In this document: positions 24,259 to 38,400 of the stretch, in pieces
How positions within the stretch are numbered: the stretch's first letter is position 1
Layout: every line of letters begins with the position of its first letter
NCBI GenBank assembly: GCA_002269645.1
Contig: NIVC01000642.1
Coordinates: 149,586 to 213,585 of the forward strand
DNA: 64,000 bases
DNA from: Macrostomum lignano
Lineage: Eukaryota
Direction: 5' to 3'
Program-made: the position numbers and the translations under genes
The notes under the pieces: generated by a model
Told to the model about the DNA's origin: nothing
The model's database searches: none
The model's input: the letters and a program-made list of their open reading frames with translations, nothing else

Positions 24259-24828
24259 GGTCACCCAATAAAATGCAGAATCCACAGCAGAATTGGAATT
24301 ATGGAATAGCTCAGTAAAATGTGGAATCCGTAGCGGAATGGTATAATGCAGAATGAGCAATGGAATCCAGTAACTTTAACTAAAATGCAAATGCAAAGTA
24401 GCTGAAGTGCATTTTGATCTATTATTATATATAATCTTATAACAATAAAGCTTTCAAAATTTTACCAAACTACTACTAGAGAGAAAATTATGATACTTTT
24501 CAACACCCATCAGCCATGTTATTTATGAGAGAACCTATATTACTACTTTGAGTAAGGTCCAGTAGATGCTGCTATTTCTAGTTCAGTTTGCCTCCATATA
24601 GAATCATATTCAAATTTCTTTATATATCTTTTTTATATAGTTAAATTGCTATAGGCAAAGCTATATATATTTAAAATTTCATTTTTTTATCCTTATATTT
24701 TTCATTTTATATTAGTGGATTCCATATTTGATTCTGTATTTTACCATTCTGCTGCCAATTCTACATTTTACTAGGCCTATGCTATTCCATTCAGATTCCC
24801 CTGTGGATTCCACATTTTACCGGGTACC
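24259..24828. mobile_element. Decayed foldback MITE with GGT...ACC termini
   Basis: Left ggtcacccaataaaatgcagaatccacag versus reverse complement of right ggtacccggtaaaatgtggaatccacag. Perfect 8-bp TSD ATATATTA (24251-24258, 24829-24836). Confidence 0.7.
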
Positions 24829-26511
24829 ATATATTAGGCCTAGCAAATACAGACCATGGTCAGGAAGGTGCAGCGTGTGCGTCGGAATGACATCCATCAA
24901 AATTTTTGTTGTGCGCCACGTGTGCTGAGAAAAAAAAATTATTTGTGGTCCATGCGCCGAGAAAAATACACTTGAAAAGCAGCACTATCAAGTATTAAGT
25001 ATCTAAATTGAATCAATACCAATGGAAGTTCAAGCAGTTCAATTATGGCTTCAATTTGCAAAATATAAGCAAAAAGGCGCAACAAAAGCCGCGAAAGGCG
25101 CAAATTTGTTAAGTTAAAAGCTACGATTAATGAAATTTGAAATAGAAACAACATTGGAAATAACGACTATCGTATCGACTATTGTTTATTTTATTAATTG
25201 ATTGATCCCAAATAGACTACATTGTTGCAGCATTTTGGCTAAGAATATCATGATATAATATCACCATATCATAATATCTGAGCCTTTTTGCTGCACTTAT
25301 TCGTGATATATTCCAGCAAAACTGTATATACGGGTGTTGATTAACATTTAATATATGTTTTTTTATTAAGCATTATTATATTGTCACGTACACTGACGTA
25401 CCTTGTGCACCATGCGCCGATGCGCCGAGCCCATGCGCGCGGCGCAGTGAAGTGTGCGCCGTGCGCCGGCAAATTGCTGATTTGCGCCGGAGAATTCTGA
25501 GGATTCTACCGTCTTCCTGGCTGTGGAATACAGATAATTTGTTCAAAACTTTAGAGCAATGCTAGGCCTGTGCCATGGAGGATTTAGTAAAAAAAATTCA
25601 CATTTTAAGCAATTTATGCACTTTTGGATAGAAAGACTTGGATTTAGAGAATTTTAAGATAGCCTATGTTAGATGTCACTTTCTATATATGTTCATTTTT
25701 ATGCTTAGTATATCATGGCCATAAGATAAAGATAGTCTCGACTCTCTTACTAGGCCAGCCCTAGGCTTACTATAAATGTAAATTTTGAATTTTATAATTT
25801 AAGCATATTTGAATGGCAATAGGGCAGGACTACTAGCTATATAGTAACAAGCTTATTTGACTAAAGCTAGTGCTAGCTAAATAGTAGAAAAATTTTATGG
25901 GCAATAGGCCCAGCTGGCTAGCTAGAGTTTTGGCACCACAACACAACTCATTTTCTAAGTCCTAATGGCTATGGATCTGGCAGTGCTATATAGAACTTAA
26001 AAAATATTTTAAAAGATTAAAAAGACTAGGCCTAATAAGAATATGGCTTATATCTATTTAAAATTCAACATTAAAAGTATCTCCTTTCAAATCTTGAGAC
26101 TCATCATCTAGTCTTAAATCTTATCTAGAACAAAGTCTCAATTTCTGCCACTTATAGAAAAACTATACTCCAGAAGGCATAGATCATGCTGAAAAATTCT
26201 AGCATGCATTTAGTTTAGCCTAAAAATTGTAGCATGCATTGGCATATATTTGGGTATTGTATGCCAAAAGTGGCATGTTGGCATGCTATGGCATAGAAAT
26301 AGCAGGCATAATAATAGTGAGGCATATTTTTTAAGACAAAAGTTCATGAAAAGACTTTGTATTATGAAGTGAAGACAAGAATTCATACTTATTTTTATTG
26401 CAAAATAATAAGTAAATTTTATTGTGCCAAAAAAGTTGTATATTTATTATTTGCATGCTACAATAGTTTTAAAAAATGTTGAAGACTCAATAATATGATC
26501 TACATACATGT

Positions 26512-26663
26512 GCAAATTTGGGAATCACCTGGCCATTTCTATTGGCAACATACACATGTAAGTCGCTATTGGCTGAGAGCAGTCACGTGACTACTATTCC
26601 ATCCAATAGCAACTTACATGTGTGTGTTGCCAATAGAAATGGCCAGGTGAATCCCAACGTTGC
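26512..26663. mobile_element. ~150-bp palindromic MITE-like element
   Basis: ~60-bp inverted arms (gggaatcacctggccatttctattggcaacatacacatgtaagtcgctattgg) with few mismatches and a central palindrome agtcacgtgact. No clear TSD. Confidence 0.65.
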
Positions 26664-27642
26664 GCCCAAGCATGATGATCTAGACTATAGTAGAAAAACA
26701 ATATTGAAGAATGTTCCTAATATTATAATAGCCTTGCCAGATCTATAGCTATTAGAAAATGAGTTCTAGTGCCAGAACTCTAGCCAGTGCCATTATTTTA
26801 CTAGTATAGCTATATGGGCTAAATAAACACTGCTATTTATACTAAACTATATAATTTTTTAATATATAGCCTCTAAGCTAAAATATAAATTTTCACATTT
26901 GAAGCTAGCTAGGACCAATCTCAAATGGGATTAGCCTAAGTCTAAGAAGCATAGCATAATAATCTATAAAGTACTACTACTGACAGTAGGCACAAGCGCT
27001 ATAAATAGGCCATGAAAGGATGAGGCCCCTACTGCAAGTCCCTAAAGTAGAGTAGAAATGTTTGTATTTTGATTGATTTTAATGCAATGAAATAGTTTCT
27101 CCTATATTAGATATATATTACCTTGTATGCTTATGACTATGTTCTAATAAATATAAAATGCTAGTACTAGTCATAATGATTATATTGGCTATTGAATGCT
27201 TAAAAATCTAGCTCTTTTACTTTGAGTAGACTAGTGTAGTGAAAGTCCTTTTACTTGTCAATATTAATTATTATATATAGCTAGAAGTAAATTTTATTAA
27301 AAGTAGTTTTGCAAATAAATAGGAGCCTAACTTTGCAATGCAATTACATATATTAGAAGCCTGCTTAGACCTGAAAGCCATATTTAATTTGGTAATTGTG
27401 ATTTTGGTTTTAACATTTTACTTTAAGCATAGCCTTGCAACTTAGTATATAAAACGAGTCCATTACTAAAATTTGTTTGAATGAAGGGCTATTGCTATGC
27501 TTCCAGATTTATACTTCTACACACATTTAAAGTACACTATTATGTGCCAGTGCATAACAACTTTTTAATGCATTTCAATGTCTTGTTTATACTACAGTAA
27601 CAACCAACTGTCCAGCCAACCAGACAGAGCCCAGTCATCTCC

Positions 27643-27984
27643 ATGGCAACCAGTGCTGGTGGTGATGCCACCTACTCGGTGAATGACAAGGCTAAGCCAG
27701 GCTTCATTCGGGTCTCCTTTGACCTGCCAGGTCTGAAGAAGGGCCTGCTAGATGGCAGCAAAAATGCCAAGAAGACTAGCAATTCAACCCTGAATGTGTC
27801 AATCGCGCCTGGCTCAGCTCACTTTGGCAGCGTGTCAATCAAAGGCCAGACGAAAGGTCACGTGATTGAGTACCAGCTACGCGCTGATCCCTCCGAGCTG
27901 CTCGGCGCGTGGCTTGGCTCCCCGCCCAGCTACTATGAGGTTGAGCAGGGAGTCCTGAGGGTCTTTCTCAAGCTAGCTGATTGA
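27643..27984 (+). CDS. Small HSP20/alpha-crystallin-domain-like (or CS/p23-fold) protein, 113 aa
   Basis: GC-richer ATG-started ORF in an AT-rich background, preceded by an acceptor (tactacag| at 27597). Motifs IRVSFDLPGLKK, LNVSI and YEVEQGVLRVFLK resemble the start and end strands of an alpha-crystallin domain. Confidence 0.6.
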   Translation: MATSAGGDATYSVNDKAKPGFIRVSFDLPGLKKGLLDGSKNAKKTSNSTLNVSIAPGSAHFGSVSIKGQTKGHVIEYQLRADPSELLGAWLGSPPSYYEVEQGVLRVFLKLAD

Positions 27985-28559
27985 TTGGATTTTTAATGAT
28001 AGGATGTGCAATTGTGTCTTTGAAATTAGCAGTTAGAAATTGCAAGCTAGCTAGACATTTATTGACCATATTCGTCGCTAGTAGATTTATGTTATTATTT
28101 CTGCTATTAAGCGTCCATGAATATTATTGTATTTGTCATGCTTATCGGTTTATTAAAATATAAAGTTATTTTACTATGATCTATATTTATAAAATTTTGT
28201 TTGTCTGCTGTTTTGCCGCTAATAAAAATCAGTTGTTGCTGTATAATCGGCAAGTGATTTGCTTTTGTTTATTTATCCCAAACAAGCAAGGCTCGCTTCC
28301 ACCGCCATGCCATCAGATGCAGTCAGGTCAGATTTTGTGTGATCGCAGAATTTCTAAATTGAAGTTCAAGATTTATTTCTACATTTAGTCGTGTGATTTG
28401 ATGGCAGTGTGAATCAGCCTTTAATGTGTCGCTTTCACTAGCTGGCAATTTGACATCAGGATAAATTTGTTAAAGTTGTGAGCTAGGGGAAGTCCTGTAG
28501 CAGCGGTCGGCAAACCTTTTTTACCTCAAGGGTCAGATAAAGACAGGTGAGAGAGGAAA

Positions 28560-28971
28560 GGAGAGGGGAGCGGCTGGAGAGGAGCTCGGGAGACGCTAGA
28601 GAAGAGGGAGACGCTAGCGAAGAGGGAGACGCTAGAGAAGAGGGGGAGGCTAGGGAATAGGGGGGAGACCAGAGAAGAGGGAGAGGCTAGAGAATAGGTA
28701 GACGCTAGAGAAGAGGGGGAGGCTAGAGAAGAGGGTGACGCTAGAGAAGAGGGGGAGGCTAGAGAAGAGGGTGACGCTAGAGAAGAGGGAGACGCTAGAG
28801 AATAGGTAGACGCTAGAGAAGAGGGGGAGGCTAGAGAAGAGGGTGACGCTAGAGAAGAGGGGGAGGCTAGAGAAGAGGGTGACGCTAGAGAAGAGGGGGA
28901 GGCTAGAGAAGAGGGTGACGCTAGAGAAGAGGGGGAGGCTAGAAAAGAGGGTGACGCTAGAGAAGAGGGGG
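28560..28971. repeat. 18-bp purine-rich minisatellite (GCTAGAGAAGAGGGRGAC)n, left part
   Basis: Direct periodicity; same unit as 30618-31410. Confidence 0.95.
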
Positions 28972-30617
<1,646 letters not shown>

Positions 30618-31410
30618 TAGAGAAGAGGGGGGGGGCTAGAGAAGAGGGAGACGCTAGAGAATAGGGAGACGCTAGAGAAGAGGGAGACGCTAAAGAAGAG
30701 GGAGACGCTAGAGAATAGGGAGACGCTAGAGAAGAGGGAGACGCTAAAGAAGAGGGAGACGCTAGAGAATAGGGAGACGCTAGAGAAGAGGGAGACGCTA
30801 GAGAAGAGGGAGACGCTAGAGAATAGGTAGACGCTAGAGAAGAGGGGGAGGCTAGAGAAGAGGGTGACGCTAGAGAAGAGGGGGAGGCTAGAGAAGAGGG
30901 TGACGCTAGAGAAGAGGGGGAGGCTAGAGAAGAGGGTGACGCTAGAGAAGAGGGGGAGGCTAGAGAAGAGGGTGACGCTAGAGAAGAGGGAGACGCTAGA
31001 GAAGAGGGAGACGCTAGAGAAGAGTGGGAGGCTAGAGAAGAGGGGGATCGAGGCTAGAGAAGAGGGAGACGCTAGAGAAGAGTGGGAGGCTAGAGAAGAG
31101 GGGGAGGCTAGAGAAGAGGGTGACGCTAGAGAAGAGGGAGACGCTAGAGAAGAGTGGGAGGCTAGAGAAGAGGGGGAGGCTAGAGAAGAGGGTGACGCTA
31201 GAGAAGAGGGGGAGGCTAGAGAAGAGGGTGACGCTAGAGAAGAGGGAGACGCTAGCGAAGAGGGAGACGCTAGAGAAGAGGGAGACGCTAGAGAAGAGTG
31301 GGAGGCTAGAGAAGAGGGAGACGCTAGAGAGAAGAGAGAGACGCTAGAGAAGAGGGGGAGGCTAGGAACAAGGGTGACGATAGAGAAGAGGGGGAGGCTA
31401 GAGAAGAGAG
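30618..31410. repeat. 18-bp purine-rich minisatellite, right part
   Basis: Direct periodicity; explains ORFs 30864..31436 and 31120..31347. Confidence 0.95.
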
Positions 31411-33629
31411 GGAGACATGCAGCGTCACAGGGTTAAATATTGCGGCAGCAACGCCAAGAAACTACTGCATGGAAATTTAAGGTTTCAGCCATGCTTTCAA
31501 TTAAGCATGCAGCTGCGAGCGCGCTACTGTACATGCAGCTGTGAATGCAGTTCAGACTTTTGGCAGCGACTCTCTGGAAGGAGCTGGTGCCAACCCGACG
31601 GGTGGTTCAGGGCGTCGACATGGCATGGGTTTATAGTGATTGGGGGGAGGACAAAAATACATGAGGTTAGCCAAAAATGATCTACATGTACATGTAAATT
31701 TACTATAAATTCTTACGTATACTTTACATATACACTTTCTCAGAATCACAGTGTTGTCACTTGAATAGCAATTTTTTAGTGTCGCAGACAGATCTAGGCG
31801 CTATTTTGTCGCCCTGAAGCAAATTGATTTTCATCACCGCGGTCACAGAGATATGTGGGGATGGGCCGTGGTCAACTTCCAACTCTTTTCTTGTTTATTT
31901 TTTTAGCTTCGAACCGCCCAGGCCAACCCCCATTAAGTGTATTGTTATGCAAAATTGTTATGCAAAACATGATATTTATGCAAAATTGTTAATAAATTTC
32001 AATTTCAATAACTACTTTACGATACATAAGCAGAAATGTTTGTATAAGATTTTGTTTTAACTGGTATATTTGCATTTAAATTTGCTTCTTAACAACAGAT
32101 TTTTTGTGACTACTAGGGGGCCTAGCGTATAATGCGTTATGCGCTGAGGGGCAGAGACGATAATTCTCATACTATACAGCTTCAATATAGGGTATAGTAT
32201 ATGCTCTGAGCGTTGGGTCAGAGTCGATTATTCCTACAGCTTCAGCAGTCAGTTAAGCTTGTGTCCATTGAATGCTATCATTTTATTAGGGTTTATAAAA
32301 TGCACCATCAAGATGTATGCAGCTTTTCTTTTAACATAGGTAAGTGCAAATATAATTCATTCAAATTCAAAATAGCAACTGTCCACAATTTTTTGTCTAA
32401 ATTTATATGAGTAGGCCTAAGCTTAACCAGGCTCTAGGCATTAAGAGAACCAATACTGCAATAGAATAGGTTTAAATTTTCAAGTCAAAAGCTATAAATT
32501 GCTCATTGATAGGTTCCAGTTCCTATGGTTCATTTCAGAAAATTGAAATAAAGCCTATCCACATCCACATAGATGTATGGCAATAATTTCCAATTTAATC
32601 TTAGATTTAATCATACGACCTAGTATGGTTATATTTATATGGTCATAATTTGTAATATTTATTTTGGTTTGGCATATTTTTGTGTGCAATAGTCTATTAG
32701 CATACATTGGCATACATGAGCTTATGAGCTAGGGAAGCAATTTTCATTCTGGCATACACCAGTATATGATCTTGACCCTGGCCCCTTGCAAACTTAAAAA
32801 TTTACATTTTTGTAATGTAATATGTACTGTACTAAGAAAAGACAATTATAAAAGAATAAATACTTTAGATATACTAAAAATGAAAACTATAGGGGCCTAT
32901 ATATTCAGATATACTAAAAATGAAAACTATATATATATATATATATATATGTGTATGTATGTGTGTGTGTGTGTGTGTATCAATTAGCTCCATATAAATA
33001 GCTGTCTTATTATCATTTAAGTGATTATCATTATTATCATTTGTCTGATTTTCTTAAAATTTGCACCATTTCATTAGAAATTTTTGCGCCTTGGTACGAC
33101 TCGTATATGTATCTTGACTATCTTGGCTTGATGCTAAAGGCATTAAATATTCAAAAAACATGCCTTTTTGCAGAGGTCAAGCAGCTCTTTCATCTTGAAA
33201 ACCATTGTAAAAATGCTAGAAAAAAAACTGACTAGTTGAATGCTGATTCTGAAATAGATTGCATTACAGCTGAATTGTAACTGTGTAGAAGCATTGCATA
33301 AGACTAGCTAGATTTAGATTGCATAATTATATTTTTGACTTTAATTGAAACTGATATAGACTGCCTAAGAAATTGATTATGTCATAACTGCTATGCTTGG
33401 AGCATTGAAAGCATTGAATTTATATATAAGTTATAAAATTTGTTACCAAAATGATGTGAGCTAGCCTAGAGGTGAACAGACTAAACTGCAATTGCAGCAA
33501 CATGGGTTAGAATTTTTAGAGTCTAGAAGTTTTTTATTAAATTTTTTTAATGTCAAGAAATCTAAGAAAAACTTTTAAAAGTGTTAGTTAAAAAACAATA
33601 AGCATCATGTAATTAATAAAAAATAATCT

Positions 33630-34900
33630 CAAAGCAGATTGTCAATAATCTTATAATAGCTCTCCAATAATCTCATAGCAACTCTTTAGTAATCTTAGCA
33701 GCTTTGCAATAATCTCATAGCATCTTTTCAATAATCTCATAATAGCTCTTCAATAATCTCACAGTAGCTCTTTAATAATCTCATAGCAGCTCTTCAGTAA
33801 TCTCATAGCAGCTTTGCAATAATCTTATAGCAGCTTTGCAATAATCTCATAGTAGCTCTTCAATAATCTCATAGCAGCATCTCATAGTAGCTTTTCAATA
33901 ATCTCATAGCAGCTTTGCAATAATCTTATAGTTGCTCTCCAATAATCTCATTGAGATGTCAAGACTTATGGGGATTATTGAATGCTGAGATGTGTAAGCT
34001 TGGGTGAATTACTGAGATGTCAAGTCTTGGGAGACTGCTGGGATATGTACGCTTGGGGGAATTACTGAGATTTCAAGTCTTGTGGGATTGCTAAGATGTG
34101 TATGCTTAGGGGAATTACTGAGATGTTAAGTCTTGGGGGTATTGCTGAGATGTGTATGCTTGGGGAATTACTAAAATGTCAAGTCTTAGGGGATTGTTGA
34201 ATGCTGAGATATGTAGGTTTGGGGGAATTGCTGACATGTCAAGTCTTATGAGAATTGTTAAAATGTCAAGGGGAGATTATGATTTATTGATAGATTTGCA
34301 TCAACTATTGAGGGGACAACATGATTTATTGAGAAGATAGAAAAATCTAGCAGGTAGGACAATTTTAAAGAGAGTAGCATGACATATTGAGGGAACAACA
34401 TGATTTGTTCTAGATTTATAGGTGAAGCATGAAATTTCAAGGTGATTTCTAAATAAAAAAGTTCCTGATAAAGCATTTCCAGGGGATAGTTTGAGATTTC
34501 CTGGTATAGTGTGAGATCTCTAGCAGATTGAATGTGATGTGATTTTTCAAGGGGTAGCCCAATTTTAGAGAGAATAGTATGACATTTCGTGGTGAGAGCT
34601 GGGATATCAATGGAAAAGTGCAAGAGATAGCTAGAAATATCAATGGGATGGCTAGAAATGTCAATTGATAGCAGGGGATATCAATGGAAAAGTGCAAGAG
34701 ATAGCTAGAAATATCAATGGAAAAGTGCAAGAGATAGCTAGAAATATCAATGGGATGGCTAGAAATGTCAATTGATAGCAGGGGAAATCAATGGAAAATT
34801 TTAAGAGAATACTAGAAATATTGATAGAATGGCTAGAGATGTCAATGGATAGCAGGGGATTTCAAGAGATAGCTACAGATATCAAAGGGATAGCAAGAGT
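33630..34900. repeat. Three adjacent decayed minisatellites (aataatctcatagcagctcttc; ggattgctgagatgtcaagtctt; gagatagctagaaatatcaatgg)
   Basis: Degenerate periodicities read by eye; boundaries approximate. Confidence 0.7.
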
Positions 34901-35463
34901 TATTTAAGGCATAGTTCAAGGAATTTTATAGGGGGATATCTATGTGAAAACATAGCGTGATAATGATAATCAAGGGGGTAGCAAGAGTTATATATGGTGT
35001 AGTATAGGGAATAATATAGGGGGATGAGGGGGAGGGGGATCAAGAACTATGATTTCTCTAGTTTTTTTATAGTTTTATATGTTAAATTTGCAGTTTTCTC
35101 ATATAAGTTTCAACATTGAATTGCAAATAGTCTAGGGGGGAATTATCAAACATACATATATACACACACATACACATAGAAACATGTCAGTTTTAGTATA
35201 TTGAGAGGGTAAGAAACAGTATATAAATTGCATATAGATTGTGTATATATTGTCTTTCAAAATTTCTTCTCTAGTGCATACTGTCCCACTTTCCTACCTA
35301 TGGTTGCCTATTTGTATCCTTATTGTAGACAGTTTTAACCAAGCCAGGAATGTTTACTAATATAAAATGCAATCCCATAGGACAAAGCATAAAAGAACTA
35401 TTTTTGTGAAACATTTGCTAAGATTTCTTCTAACTCTTAACTTGTTTTTAAATCTAATTTTAG

Positions 35464-38400
35464 ATGTAGCCAAGAAAGGTTATCAAGATTTCATTGCGAC
35501 CAGGTAAGTATATTTATTGTTCTCCAACAAAATTCTCATTTCTATAAGTATTTTGTCTTTCTTGAGAAAGCAGAAAGTTGATCCAACTTTAAGTAATTTT
35601 TTCATCTATTTCCTAAGAGATAATTTACTTTTCTTCTTATAAAATCTTTGAATGCTGTCTACATGAAAATGCTAAAAAGTTAGCATTTTTTAAATTGGAA
35701 GCAGATAGAAAGCAAATATTTGCTAATGTGGTATATGGGTTTCTTGTTTTATTGATTTCCCAATTGGACTTTCATCTGTCGTCCATCTCTTCAAGAAGCA
35801 TTCTTTACCTTGAACAGGCCCCCAGCCCGCTGCCCCTACGACAGCCGTCTGTTCCGCTCCATTATCAATCGTCACTTCGAGTCCAGCGACTCTCTGCCGC
35901 AGTCATCATCGCAGCAGCAGCAGCGGCGGCAAAGCTCTGGAAGCAGCTGTCGGAGTCGTCGAAGTCAGGCACCAGCTGAGCGACTCAGCGGCGGCAGCGG
36001 CGGACTTGCCGACGTCAGCAATGGCTCAGTCTCAAGCTCGTTGCATCGTCGGGAATCGTCGCGCAGCGCCATGCTAGTCCAGCGCAGCCTTCGCGAGCTG
36101 ATGCGCCAGCAGTCGCTGAGTCAGCAACAGCAGCAGCAGTCTTTAGCGTCCAATCCAGTGTCTCGACGTGAATCCTCGCTGTCCATGGCTCCGCTTGATT
36201 CGGCGCCCAGATCGCCCTGTTTCACCACTCAGGATGAGCTGATTGAGCATCTGGGCGGCTTGCTGACTGACCGCTGCCAGCAGCGACAGGTGCCCCAGGT
36301 CAAGACCGAAGATGATGCTGAGGAGGGGGTCCGGTTTTTTATTGGCTCCGATCGGACATCCTCGGCCGCTGCCGGCGACGCAGCAGCGCTGGCGAACTCC
36401 GCCCAGGCCGTTGCCGACTGCCTGCTAGGCCTGCCGCCGATGCCCCAGACTGAGCTGTCGCTAAGCGACATCACCGAGCATCAGAGAATTATTAAGCGAA
36501 GCAGCGAATTAATCATTTTCGCTGTGCAGTGCCTTGATCAGGTCCAGCCGGCGGATTTAGGAGACGACGAGAAATGGACTATGTGAGATCCCTTAACGCT
36601 GGATGCTGACCTCTAATACCATTGTCCATGTAGGAATCTCTTTTGAATACAATATATTTATATCGTTTCTATTTGTGTACAGGAGCCAGCTCAAAGTGCT
36701 CGGTCTCCTCACGGCTCTGGACCAAGCTGGCTGCGCTGACGATATTGACTCGACAGACGGCGAGGCGTTGCTTAAATGGGTAAGTGAATGGTTGAGGACT
36801 TGGATTAATGTATTCCCCAATAGGCTGGGTCGGTGTATTGTCAGTTGGGTCACATAGATCAATCTAGGCCAATAAAGGCTATTAGGTCAATTCAGGTCAT
36901 TGGTTCAATTTTAGTCTTTGGGTCAATTTTATGTCATTGTGACATTTATTTCGGTCCTCTGGTCAATATAGGCCATCGTGTCAATGCGGGTCATCAGGTC
37001 AATCTAGGTCATCATGTCAATCTTGGTCATCTTGTCAATCTTGGTCATCAGGTCAATCTAGGTCAATCTGGGTCATCATGTCAATCTGGGTCATCAGGTC
37101 AATCTAGGTCATCATGTCAATCTTGGTCATCAGGTCAATCTGGGTCAATCTGGGTCATCAGGTCAATCTGAGTCATCAGGTCAATTTAGGTCATCATGTC
37201 AATCTTGGTCATCAGGTCAATCTAGGTCAATCTGGGTCATCATGTCAATCTTGGTCATTTAGGTCAATCTAGGTCAATCTGGGTCATCAGGTCAATTTAG
37301 GTCATCATGTCAATCTTGGTCATCAGGTCAATCTAGGTCAATCTAGGTCATCATGTCAATCTTGGTCATTTAGGTCAATCTAGGTCAATCTGGGTCATCA
37401 GGTCAATTTAGGTCATCGTGTCAATCTTGGTCATCAGGTTAATCTAGGTCAATATTAAGTCATTCAGGTCAATTTAGGTCAATCTAGGTCATTTAGGTCA
37501 ATCTAGGTCATTCAGGTCAATCTAGGTCATCAGGTCATCTAGGTCATTTAGGTCAATCCTGGTCATTCAGGTCAATCTATGTCATTCGGGTCAATCTGGG
37601 TCATTCAGGTCAATTTAGGTCATCCGGTCATCTAGGTCATTCAGGTCAATCCTGGTCATTCAGGTCAATCTAGGTCATTCGGATCAATCTAAGTCATTCA
37701 GGTCAATCTAGGTCATTCGGGTCAATCTAGGTCATTCAGGTCAATCTAGGTCTTTCGGGTCAATCTAGGTCATTCAGGTCATTCTAGGTCATTCGGGTCA
37801 ATCTAGGTCATTCAGGTCAATATAGGTCATCAGGTTAATCTAGGTCAATCGTAAGTGATTCAGGTCAATTTAGGTCAATCTAGGTCATTCAGGTCAATCT
37901 AGGTCATTCGGGTCAATCTAGGTCATTCAGGTCAATCTAGGTCATTCAGGTCAATGTAGGTCATTAGGTTAAAGGTCAATGTTATCCCTCCAGCCCCCGC
38001 CAGTCGTTAACCGCCCGGCCCCGCTCTCATCATCCGCAGAGCTTTAACCAGCTGCGCAGTCATTTATTCTTCCCGGACGGCCGAGTGTCCAGCTTTCTGT
38101 CCGAGCGGCTGGCCTCCGTCTGGCCGAGCCGTCAGTCCGGCATTGGCCGGCTTGTCCGAGACATTCGTCTGGAGATGGCGCTGCCTGTCAGCGACGACGA
38201 AGACGAAGACAGCGACGCTCCGCAGGACGGCGAGCCTCTGTTGAACAGCTTGAACGCCAGCCAGCACGACATCGCCAGCGGTAGCGGCCTTCTCGATGCC
38301 ACCATCGAGGACGCCAATGCCGAGTTTCCCGACTTGTCGGCCGCTCCGGCCATACCGGCTTTCTATTGCGGAGTTGAACCGCCGGTGCTGTGCGACACCG

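Noticed and set aside
28500-28550. cagcggtcggcaaacc as a hAT TIR enclosing the satellite/LINE block, or as a Treslin exon ending CAG|GTGAGA
   Set aside because: No matching right TIR or TSD was found, and no convincing reading frame.
31430-33235. Candidate upstream Treslin exons (AWKFK at ~31470, ORF 33041..33235)
   Set aside because: Motif resemblance is too weak and phases could not be linked.
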